Below the pieces are notes generated by a model, which had not been told where the DNA came from, did not search any database, and saw only the letters and a program-made list of their open reading frames with translations. 53,673 nt of DNA. Source: an uncultured Clostridia bacterium (GTDB lineage Bacteria > Bacillota > Clostridia > TANB77 > CAG-508). Every line of letters starts with the position of its first letter. Positions within the stretch are counted from its first letter, which is position 1. Positions 21,801 to 30,706 of the stretch are shown here, piece after piece. A program made the position numbers and the translations under genes. Location of the stretch: positions 1-53,673 of the forward strand of contig CALXFI010000004.1 of assembly GCA_944387535.1 (NCBI GenBank). The letters are read 5' to 3'.

Positions 21801-24800
21801 GTAAATCCTAATGTAGATTTAATGATACAAATTCCATATCAAGAAACTAGAACAGTTGTTATTAGAGCAAGAGCAGGATATGTGGAACAAGAAACAAAAA
21901 TAGAAAATACTGCAACAATTGATTGGTATATGAATATATTTAATGGAACCTCAGAAGGAGAAAACGAAGAAAATCAAGGTGTTTTAAAAACAAAAGATTC
22001 AAATACAATAACACATATAATTGTTCCTCAGCAGGAAGAACCAGATGAACCAGACGATCCAGACAACCCAGATAATCCAGACAACCCAGACAATCCAAAT
22101 CAACCAAATCCAGACAATCCAGATCCAGATAACCCAAATCCGGACAATCCAGATACTGAATTATATAATATATCTGGAATAGCTTGGCTAGATGAAAATG
22201 AAGATGGACAAAGACAAGAAAGTGAACAAAGAATTAGTGGAATACAAGTATCATTAGTAGATGCTGAGACGGGAAATGTTGTAAGCGATGAAGAAAATAA
22301 TAATATGGTAGCAACAACAACAGCAAATGGAACTTATGCTTTTAGTAATGTAGAGCCAGGAAATTATATTGTAGCATTTAAATACGATACAGAAAATTAT
22401 TCTTTAACTACTTACCGAAAGAGTGGAGTAAATAGTGAAATTAACTCAGATGTAACGGATGTGACAGCAAAAGTTGATGGAGTTGATACAACTGTAGCTG
22501 CAACAGATATTATTAATGTAAATACGAATACTTCAAATATAGATATAGGTCTAGTCTCAAGAAAAACATTTGATTTTAAATTAGATAAATCTGTAAAGAG
22601 AGTTTCATTAGAAACAAAAAACGGAACAAAAGAAGTAGATTATGGTGATTCAAAATTAGCTAAAATAGATGTAAGAGCAAAAGAAATAGCAGGGGCAAAA
22701 GTAACTGTAGAGTATGAAATAGCAATAACAAATGAGGGAGAAGTAGATGGTTCAGTGGATGAAGTTGTTGACTATATTCCTGAAGGATTTACATTTTCAA
22801 CTCAGCAAAATAAAGATTGGGCAGCTAGTGCGGATGGAAAAATTACAAATAGTAGTTACACGAATCAAAAAATACAACCAGGACAAAGTATTACATTATC
22901 AGTTATATTAACTAAACAGCTAACAGAAGATGATTTAGGAACATATGTAAATAAAGCAGAGTTATCAAAAGTTAGCAATTCAAGGAATTTATCCGACATA
23001 GACTCAACACCTGGAAATAATAATGCACAAGAAGATGATTATTCAGAAGCAAGTCTTATTATTTCACTTCATACTGGTCTTATAACATATATTTGTATAG
23101 GCTTTGGAGTATTAGCAATTTTGGGATTAGGAATATTCTTAATACGTAAATACGGAATTAAAAAAGTAAACAAATTTATGGTATTATTGGTGATGTTTGC
23201 TACATTAATAATATCTCAAAATAGTAGAACAATAGCTTATAGCCCTACTAGTACTACTTTTTCTAACCCAGACCAAGGTACATATTTCTCTGGAGGACCA
23301 ATGGGCATGGGTGGTGACTGTGTAAATCATGGAGTATGGGCTTATAGTGGAGGTTATACATTATATAGTACTAGTAGAACTAATGTAAGAACTACGTATG
23401 GACCTAATAATGCACAGTTTACGTTAAGTGGAAATACAAATCAAAGATTAGACTTAAGATTACAAGGAAGTAATTATGTAGTAGGACCTTTCCAAGTAAA
23501 TAGTACATCATATGAAAATGGATATAATATAACAGTATACGGAAAAAACGGTGGAGCAATATATACAACATTTATAAATGGTGGAAGTACAACATTCTAT
23601 TTATCTATACCTGCATCAAGTTGTGCTGCAGCAGGAGGAATTTCTTCAGTAAAATTACATGCTAGTAAAACAGCAACTAGAATTAAATATTGTTCTCAAA
23701 CAGAATATGGATACTTTACAGCAGGTTCACAATATCAGAAAGTAAAAGCACGTTATCCATATACTAGAAGATGGCAAGAAGAAGAAGAAATAACTGTAGA
23801 AAAAGAATTAGTATGGAGATTATTTAATGCTTCATTAGATTTAGAAAAAATAGACTACGATGATGATACTGTTAGAATTGATATTTCTGGAGTATTAAGT
23901 GGACCAAGTGGTACAATAGAATTTACAACAACAGATGGTAGATACCATTTTGATAATTTAATACCAGGAACATATACAATTACAGAAACAATAAATAATA
24001 ATTATGGATATGAAGAAAATGTAAATACAACAATAAATGTAAGCTTAGGTAGTGGTTCTGTTATAACAGCACAAATGAAGAACATTAAGTATACTGGTAA
24101 CATAAAGATAGTTAAAAAAGATAAAGATACAGGAAGACTAATGTCTGGTGTAAGCTTTAAGCTACAAGCAGCAGAAGGTTATGTTATTGGAATTGATGAC
24201 AGTGGAAATCCAATAAGACAGGCAACAGGTTCAGCACACTTTAGTAATATGGAATATACAAGTGATATTAGTCAGGCAACAGAATTTATAACAGATGGCA
24301 ATGGTGAAGTAGAAATTTATAATATTAGAATAGGAACATATACAGTAATAGAGTATGCAATAAATACTGATAGATATGGATATGAACTAGATGATAATTA
24401 CATTTTCTGGAGTAGTAGCATTGGTTCAGGAGAACATACTTCTATAGGACAAGTAGAAGTTGTAAGAAAACCATCATATGTAACAACGCCTAAGAGAAGT
24501 GTAAGCGATAGTGATTTTGATATAATCACATTTGAAAACAGAAGAAAATGGATTAAATTATCAGGAAATGTATGGGAAGATATGATAAGTGGTAAGACTT
24601 CTGAAAGAGATTACTTATATACAGCAAATGATTCAACTGAGAATAATCCAGATAAATTAGTTGCAAATGTAACTGTAAGATTAAAAGATAGAAATGGAAA
24701 TACAATACCATTTAGAACACAAGAAGATGGACCATATGTAAATGAAGTTCTAACAGATGAAAATGGACACTATTTAATGGTAGATGTGTTAATTGATGAT

Positions 24801-27620
24801 ATACCAAATTATTATATTGAATTCTCATATAATGGAATGAGCTATACATCAGTACCAATAGTAGATACAGCACTTAATGCTGAAAATTATAATGGAACAA
24901 GAGCTATAGAAAATGCAGGTGTAAGAGCAGAATTTAATAGAAAATATTCAGAAATAACACATAGCGGAAATACAGGACCAGTTGGAGAATCAAGGGATGA
25001 TAGTGGAAGTAAGACATATGACTTAAATTATGATCAAGGAGAATACAGCAGTAGCTTAAATTATGGACCAAATGCATTATATGGATATGATGGTCAAAAA
25101 TTCCCTGTAAATAATACTTATGACCAATATATGATAACAGCAACAACAAAAGATGCATTTATGCAAGTAGGCGATGACGGATATTTAGATTATATGAAAA
25201 CACCTGAAGAAATAAGAAAACAAGAAATAGAAGAAATAGAAGAACTTAATTTGGGATTAGAAGAAAGAGAACAACCAGACTTAGCATTGGTAGAAGATAT
25301 TGAAAATGTAAAGGTATCATTAAATGGTTATGAACACACTTATAATTATAATCAAAGATTCGAAAACCAAGAGGTATATGGAGATGGATTTAATGTAGGT
25401 GTAAAATTCGGAAATGAATATGGTTCAGCAGAATATACACAACCAATTTATTCATCAGATGTAGTATACAATGCACAACCTGGAAATGAAGGAAAATTAG
25501 AAATATATGTAAGATATAAGATAGCATTAAGAAATGAAGCGACAAATTTATATACCAGAGTAAATAATGTTATAGCTTTCTATGACAATAGATATACTAT
25601 TGATAGTATTCAAGACGATAACGGAAGTACATATAATTATACTGATGAAGGCACTGTAGGAGATTATAAAAAGGCTACAATAGAAGCGGTTAATCAAGAC
25701 CTAGAACCTCAAAGTGTAAAATATGTATACATCACATATAAACTAAATAATGATGCAATAAATGCTGTATTAAATAATAACAATGAATTTGAGGAAAATC
25801 CATTAGATGCAGTTGCAGAAATAGGTTCATATTCAACATACTCAGATTCAGGATTTAGTGTACATTATGCAGGAGTTGATAAAGACTCTAGACCAGGTTC
25901 AGCAGAGCCAGCAGATAGAAGTACATTTGAAGATGATACAGATAGTGCACCAGCATTTAAGTTAGAATTAAAAGAAGGTAGAGTAATAGCAGGAACTGTA
26001 TGGGAAGATGAAGCAGTACAAGAATTACTAAATAATGGAACACAGGTAGTAGATTCTACAGGAAATACAATAACTATGAAAGAAAGAATTGGTAATGGAC
26101 TATATGATGAAGGAACTGAAAATACAATAGGAAATGTTACAGTAGACTTAATAGTATTATCTTATGATGAAGAATCAGAGGTAGATTTAGCAAATGCAAA
26201 TATATTAGGAGAAGCAGAAGGAACAGAATCTGAGATAGCTAAACTATATCAAGGAATAACAAATGCTGATGCTAAGGAAGTTGATGCAACAATGACAACA
26301 GGTAGTGATGGACATTATGAGTTCTCTGGAGTAATACCAGGAAAATACTTGCTAAGATTTACTTATGGAAATGAAAGTGTAATATATAATCCTGACGGAA
26401 CAGAAAATAGAAAGATAGAAGATGTAGATAAGTATAAATCAACAATCTATAGAGGAAATAGACCAGAAAATCAAGCAACAGCAGCAGGAGATACAGATTG
26501 GTGGTATAGATCAGAAACATCTGGAGAAGAAGGAGCTCAAAGATGGTCAGATGCTAGAGATGAAATTGGAATAGATGGAAATGGTAGATTTGATCTTCTT
26601 GCAGAGAGAAATGCTGGAGAAAGAGAATACTATTATGGAAATACAAGTCCAGATGTCATAAACAATGTTGATACAATAAGAAATATCGAAGCAAGATCAA
26701 GAGGATTTGAAATTAAAGAAGATTATGACGTTAACTTAGATAATATGAGTAAATTTGGAGAAGACCTTAAATTTGTATTTGACAATATAGACTTTGGTAT
26801 TATAAGAAGACCAATACAAAAACTTAATGTTGAAAAACAAATAGCTTATGTAAAAGTAACGCTTGCAAATGGTCAAGTATTAATTGAAGGAGACCCAAGA
26901 GTAGATCAAATTGAACATTTAAGATTCCTACCAGATGGAAATGTTCATATAGAAGTAGATAGTGAAATTATACAAGGTGCTACATTGACTGTAAGATATG
27001 AAATAATAGCAGATAATACGGATTCAGAATTAGATTATAGTGACGATAATTACTATATCTTCGGAATTCAAGCGGATTCAAGTAAATTAATAGCACCAAA
27101 AGTAAAAAGATTACATGATTACCTATCAAATGATTTAGTATTTAATAAAGAAAATAGTCCAGATTGGAATCAATATGAGTCTGGAGAACTAGAGCAATTA
27201 CTAAATGATCAATACCTATCACAAGATGCATATGATACTATTAAATCATTTAATCAAATATTATGGACAAATGCATTTGAGAATATGGGAGTAGGAAGAT
27301 ATACAACGACCTTAGAAGTATCTAAAGTGTTATCAAATAGTGCGGATGACTTTGTATTTGATAATGATATAGAGGTAAATATATTGAAAGGTAGAAGAAC
27401 AACAAAGCCAGATGATCCAGATGATTATACAATACCTGGAGATTATATACCAAGTGATAGTGGCAGAATAGAAGGTGGAGACGATTCTTATGTAACTTTA
27501 ACAATAACACCACCTACTGGTGAGGATTTAGGTTATATACCATACATTGTTTTAGGTATAAGTGCATTCATTATCTTAGGAGTAGGAGTTATCTTCATTA
27601 AGAAAAAAGTATTAAAATAA
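18867..27620 (+). CDS. Giant surface protein; in-frame type A + type B fusion
   Basis: GGGGG RBS before ATG 18867; N-half resembles 9764..14581 and C-half resembles 14602..18513 (e.g. shared YGDGFNVGVKFGNxYGS); ends TPPTG + TM + KKK. Confidence 0.85.
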   Translation: MKKKNIVKIFALAVLVILVIVASRLVTRTSYGADNEEKAILEGAFNKYVNYELTDGTKATLVQYSLRTGIEYGDEFYAIRNSEISVALNQIDGKYPTSVKVIGKSTKVTNGKTTDINEDYSYDSNTGIVTIRTSNENENGDPIYNAKPAENDRDEYIVISYYDTYTQDKPERELSCNVSYKAVLFTDDNKEVTGEGNLDQKVTEDVGELTSVNTNTSDVYNGYIKSNIINGTAYDTEYTENNEIMISDKRAHQKINITEENSFVAQNDIYYKSTKILKDDILNVLGENGSLEILDGNNNVVATIDNNTEFNENGEYIVTYGDDVNSITIKTSNVTNEGILNIENVKRIKSDESNIDDKDITRKVTIVGINEKEEQVNVDETINYLQNGNLNLNSVDNNVTTGENEGNNVATQIVEEESYRNEKENTIEIKDATTNIELNVDNTNWTNEKQNEVTFDISLNSSNIKDNLFVNPSVRITLPSEVEKVILNDSQIMYGNGLELQQPYTETDENGNINIVANLTGKQTQYDTNNLGLTTNVKISGTIILKKDISNASEKMNLTYTNGYTLDGSAEQGNIEKQVQISTYNADTEQTNQTNDISQVVSNTIENVGKEASTIATMQNVDGLELTVEPVKGDTILKDGDSVYEGEFIKYNITIKNNSDNDLTGVKVVGNIPDGVTYGELDADYYNALSYYRYNYDSELKQKEIDVGDIKSGESISEFYEVKVNDLADGTEELPIDSTIDLYVDTQEVTSYEIKNTVKPAELSVFLKAETDHTPENWNYDLIFTGEAKDATVKVQLPEEYTAEYYMEGELGLLSEITEEQISEDNVLTLNVNTANTYRIFGTIKNVDVDTTGNLSTKILQAVATVNVDGNEYKSNENRIEYSYENLSITMTSNNEGEEVKYGDIIEYTISIKNIGRKNTNELGYDQILVNLKDYLPEEVEPIDVTYMKQEYAEDGSISSEEEVTEDISGTVTDDTGKVNPNVDLMIQIPYQETRTVVIRARAGYVEQETKIENTATIDWYMNIFNGTSEGENEENQGVLKTKDSNTITHIIVPQQEEPDEPDDPDNPDNPDNPDNPNQPNPDNPDPDNPNPDNPDTELYNISGIAWLDENEDGQRQESEQRISGIQVSLVDAETGNVVSDEENNNMVATTTANGTYAFSNVEPGNYIVAFKYDTENYSLTTYRKSGVNSEINSDVTDVTAKVDGVDTTVAATDIINVNTNTSNIDIGLVSRKTFDFKLDKSVKRVSLETKNGTKEVDYGDSKLAKIDVRAKEIAGAKVTVEYEIAITNEGEVDGSVDEVVDYIPEGFTFSTQQNKDWAASADGKITNSSYTNQKIQPGQSITLSVILTKQLTEDDLGTYVNKAELSKVSNSRNLSDIDSTPGNNNAQEDDYSEASLIISLHTGLITYICIGFGVLAILGLGIFLIRKYGIKKVNKFMVLLVMFATLIISQNSRTIAYSPTSTTFSNPDQGTYFSGGPMGMGGDCVNHGVWAYSGGYTLYSTSRTNVRTTYGPNNAQFTLSGNTNQRLDLRLQGSNYVVGPFQVNSTSYENGYNITVYGKNGGAIYTTFINGGSTTFYLSIPASSCAAAGGISSVKLHASKTATRIKYCSQTEYGYFTAGSQYQKVKARYPYTRRWQEEEEITVEKELVWRLFNASLDLEKIDYDDDTVRIDISGVLSGPSGTIEFTTTDGRYHFDNLIPGTYTITETINNNYGYEENVNTTINVSLGSGSVITAQMKNIKYTGNIKIVKKDKDTGRLMSGVSFKLQAAEGYVIGIDDSGNPIRQATGSAHFSNMEYTSDISQATEFITDGNGEVEIYNIRIGTYTVIEYAINTDRYGYELDDNYIFWSSSIGSGEHTSIGQVEVVRKPSYVTTPKRSVSDSDFDIITFENRRKWIKLSGNVWEDMISGKTSERDYLYTANDSTENNPDKLVANVTVRLKDRNGNTIPFRTQEDGPYVNEVLTDENGHYLMVDVLIDDIPNYYIEFSYNGMSYTSVPIVDTALNAENYNGTRAIENAGVRAEFNRKYSEITHSGNTGPVGESRDDSGSKTYDLNYDQGEYSSSLNYGPNALYGYDGQKFPVNNTYDQYMITATTKDAFMQVGDDGYLDYMKTPEEIRKQEIEEIEELNLGLEEREQPDLALVEDIENVKVSLNGYEHTYNYNQRFENQEVYGDGFNVGVKFGNEYGSAEYTQPIYSSDVVYNAQPGNEGKLEIYVRYKIALRNEATNLYTRVNNVIAFYDNRYTIDSIQDDNGSTYNYTDEGTVGDYKKATIEAVNQDLEPQSVKYVYITYKLNNDAINAVLNNNNEFEENPLDAVAEIGSYSTYSDSGFSVHYAGVDKDSRPGSAEPADRSTFEDDTDSAPAFKLELKEGRVIAGTVWEDEAVQELLNNGTQVVDSTGNTITMKERIGNGLYDEGTENTIGNVTVDLIVLSYDEESEVDLANANILGEAEGTESEIAKLYQGITNADAKEVDATMTTGSDGHYEFSGVIPGKYLLRFTYGNESVIYNPDGTENRKIEDVDKYKSTIYRGNRPENQATAAGDTDWWYRSETSGEEGAQRWSDARDEIGIDGNGRFDLLAERNAGEREYYYGNTSPDVINNVDTIRNIEARSRGFEIKEDYDVNLDNMSKFGEDLKFVFDNIDFGIIRRPIQKLNVEKQIAYVKVTLANGQVLIEGDPRVDQIEHLRFLPDGNVHIEVDSEIIQGATLTVRYEIIADNTDSELDYSDDNYYIFGIQADSSKLIAPKVKRLHDYLSNDLVFNKENSPDWNQYESGELEQLLNDQYLSQDAYDTIKSFNQILWTNAFENMGVGRYTTTLEVSKVLSNSADDFVFDNDIEVNILKGRRTTKPDDPDDYTIPGDYIPSDSGRIEGGDDSYVTLTITPPTGEDLGYIPYIVLGISAFIILGVGVIFIKKKVLK
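22041..22154 (+). repeat. Degenerate 9-bp tandem repeat encoding a (PDN)n linker
   Basis: CCAGAYRAY units; protein PDEPDDPDNPDNPDNPDNPNQPNPDNPDPDNPNPDNPD. Confidence 0.9.
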
Positions 27621-27655
27621 TAGTTGTTATAACTATAAATGATACTAAATAAAAA

Positions 27656-27699
27656 TAAAATCAGGTTAAATAGAAATATTTAGCCTGATTTTACTTTTT
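27656..27699 (+). terminator. Intrinsic terminator
   Basis: TAAAATCAGGTTAAATA / TATTTAGCCTGATTTTA stem plus T run. Confidence 0.75.
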
Positions 27700-28200
27700 A
27701 ATATATTATAAAAATTTAAAGTAAAAAGAAAAGAATAAATTTATGCAACTTTTAAAATCTTGTTCACAGAAATTATAAAAAGTGGTATTATAAAGATACT
27801 TTTTAATCTTAAATTTTAGCTATTTTGGAAAAACTCCCATATTTCATTAGAATTGAAAATGAAAGAAATTTAAAGTAAAGAAGGTTATAGAAAAAGAGAA
27901 AAATATGGAAAATTGTAATAAAAATATTGGTTTAGATGTGGAAACAGACTGTTTTAATTAATATATAATTAATTAAAAGGTCTTTTTTTCATATTTTTCT
28001 TTTTATTATTTTTTTCTAAATATTGCTTTTTTCGATATTCTGTAATAAAATAAAAATCGTATATTATATTATTATGAAGGAAATAAAAAATATATATAAA
28101 AAATTGTAAAAAACTTTTTTGGTTTGGAAGACCAAAAAAGACAAAAACCACGAAGGACAAGTAGTAAAATAAGCTTATCAAATTTAAAGAGGTGGTAAGG

Positions 28201-30646
28201 ATGTTTCAAAATTTAAGTGAAGATACAATAGATTTAAATGGTAAAAATGAAGTAAAGGAAGAGAAAAGTAAATTTAATATATTTCGGAAATGTATTTGCA
28301 AAAGAAAATATAGTAATATATATTGTAGCATTTATGTTGTCATTTGTTTCTTTAGGGGGCGAATTCTCAATATTTAGTATAAGCTTGCTTGGAGCTTGCT
28401 TAGCATTTTCTATTCCGGCACTAGGGATAGTGGTGATTTCACTACTTGGTAATTTTATAAAATTTGGAGTAGGTGGAGCAGTAGAATATTTATTAACATC
28501 ACTAGTTATGATAGCAACATTATTTATATTAAAACCACGTTATAATGAGCAAGAAAGAAACGAAAAAATAAAGATTGGAAAAAATGTATTTATAGCTTGT
28601 ATGTTAATAGGTTTATTAAAAATATTCATGTCAGTATTTACATTATATGATGTATTAAGTGTGATAACATTATCAATAATAGCATTAGTATTTTATAAAA
28701 TATTTGTAAATTCATTACCAGTAGTTCAAGAATTTTATACTAAAAGAGCTTTTTCAATAGAAGAAGTAATAGGAGCAAGCTTATTATTTGCAATAGCAGT
28801 TGCAGCCTTTGGTGATTCAAGTATATATGGTTTTAGTATAAGAAATATATTTAGTATATTAATTGTAATGATTTTAGGTTGGAAAAACGGAATACTAGTT
28901 GGAACAACATCTGGAGTAACAATAGGAGTAACTTTAGGAGTTATTAGTAATAATGAGCCAATAATGATAGCAGCATATGCAATATCAGGAATGATAGCAG
29001 GAATATTAAATAGGTTTGGAAAAATAGGAGTAGTGGTTGGTTTTACTTTAGGAAATATTGTCCTAGCATATGTATCAAATGGATATACAGTAGAATTAAT
29101 TCATTTTAAAGAAATATTAATCGCATCAATTGGTCTATTATTAGTTCCAAAGAACTTACAGATAGATTTAGAAGAATTTATAGGAAATTCAAAGTTTTTA
29201 CCATATACATCAGGAAGAGCATTAAATAAATCTAAAGAAGTTGCAGAAAGCCTAAATAATGTATCTGAAGCAATAAATCAAATGGCTACAACATATAAAG
29301 AAGAGCCAGTAGAAAGTAGAGAAGTAAATAATGAACAAGATGAAAATAAAAGAATATTTATATCAGAACTATTAAATAATTTAGAACCTTATAAAGAAAA
29401 TATGTTATATGATGATATAGCAAATGTAGATGGCGAAATTGTAGATAAAATATTTAATTTATTACTAGATAAACAAGAGATATCAAGACAAGATTTATTA
29501 AAAATATTTGCAGAATGTAATAGTTATATAATAGGATTTGATGATAAAGATATAAGTAAGCGTCTAGAAGAGAATATTATGCAAATAGTAAGAACAATAA
29601 ATGTTTCATATAAAGTGGCTAAATCAGACTTTATTTGGAAAAAGAAAATAGCACAAAATAAGAAAAATGTAGAAAAACAATTAAAAGGTGTATCAAAAGC
29701 AATAGAGAGCATGGCAAAAGGATTAGAAGATGATATAGAAAATGAAGAGAAGTTTGCAAGAGAGAAACAAGAAATAATAGAATTATTAGAGCAAAAAGAG
29801 ATAGAGATTCAAGATATAGCTATAAAGAAAGAAAATAGATTTATAATAGAAATTTATTTAACTGAAAATTTAGAAACAGCAAAAATAGAAACAATAGAAA
29901 AAATATTTACTAAAGTATTAGGTGAAAAAATAGTAATAAATGAGGAAGCAGTAGTAGGAAAAAAATTAAGCTTTTTATCAGATGATAAATACATAATGGC
30001 AATGGGAGCAGCAAGTATTACAAAATCAAAGAGTGAAATTTCTGGGGATAGTACTTTAACAGTTAGGTTAAAAGATGGAAAATATTTAGTAGCAATAAGT
30101 GATGGAATGGGAAGCGGTAAAGAGGCAAAAACAAGTAGTTCCAATGCTTTAAGATTGTTAGAAAATTTATTATTATCTGGATTTGATAAAAATATATCAT
30201 TAGATTTAATAAATAATGCTTTGATTAATCAAAATAAAGAAAGTTTTGCAACACTTGATATTGCAATAGTTGATTTATATTTAGGTAATGTCGAATTTAT
30301 AAAGAGTGCAGCATGTCCAACTTATATAAAACATGGAAAAAGAGTTCAAATGGTAAAATCAAATTCACTACCTACTGGGATAATAGAAGAAAGTAAAATC
30401 CAAACATTTGATAGAGATATAGAAACAGGAGAAATAATGGTACTTTGCTCAGATGGAATCTTAGATTCAAATGTGGAATATAAAAATAAAGAATTATGGA
30501 TTAAATATTTGTTAGAAGATATAGAGACAACCAATACACAAAAAATAGCTAATTTGATACTAGAAGAAGCAGTAGATAATAATTATGGGGTAGCAAAAGA
30601 TGATATGAGTGTTTTAGTATGTAAATTTAGAGAAAAAGAAGTTTAA
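28201..30646 (+). CDS. spoIIE: Stage II sporulation protein E (PP2C phosphatase); needs a +1 shift at CGG 28285-28287
   Basis: GAGGTGG RBS before ATG 28201; skipping C28285 gives GNVFAKENIVIYIVAF into ORF 28334..30646; multi-TM N-half; SGDS, SDGMGSG, ATLDI, SDG and DDMS motifs; about 814 aa joined. Confidence 0.88.
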
Positions 30647-30706
30647 AATTCATTGATAAGTTAACTAATATATGATATTATAAATGTGCAAAAGGAGGAA
30701 AAATCT

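Noticed and set aside
22041-22154. Tandem repeat as a possible CRISPR array or contingency locus
   Set aside because: No spacers; it is an in-frame degenerate Pro-Asp-Asn linker.
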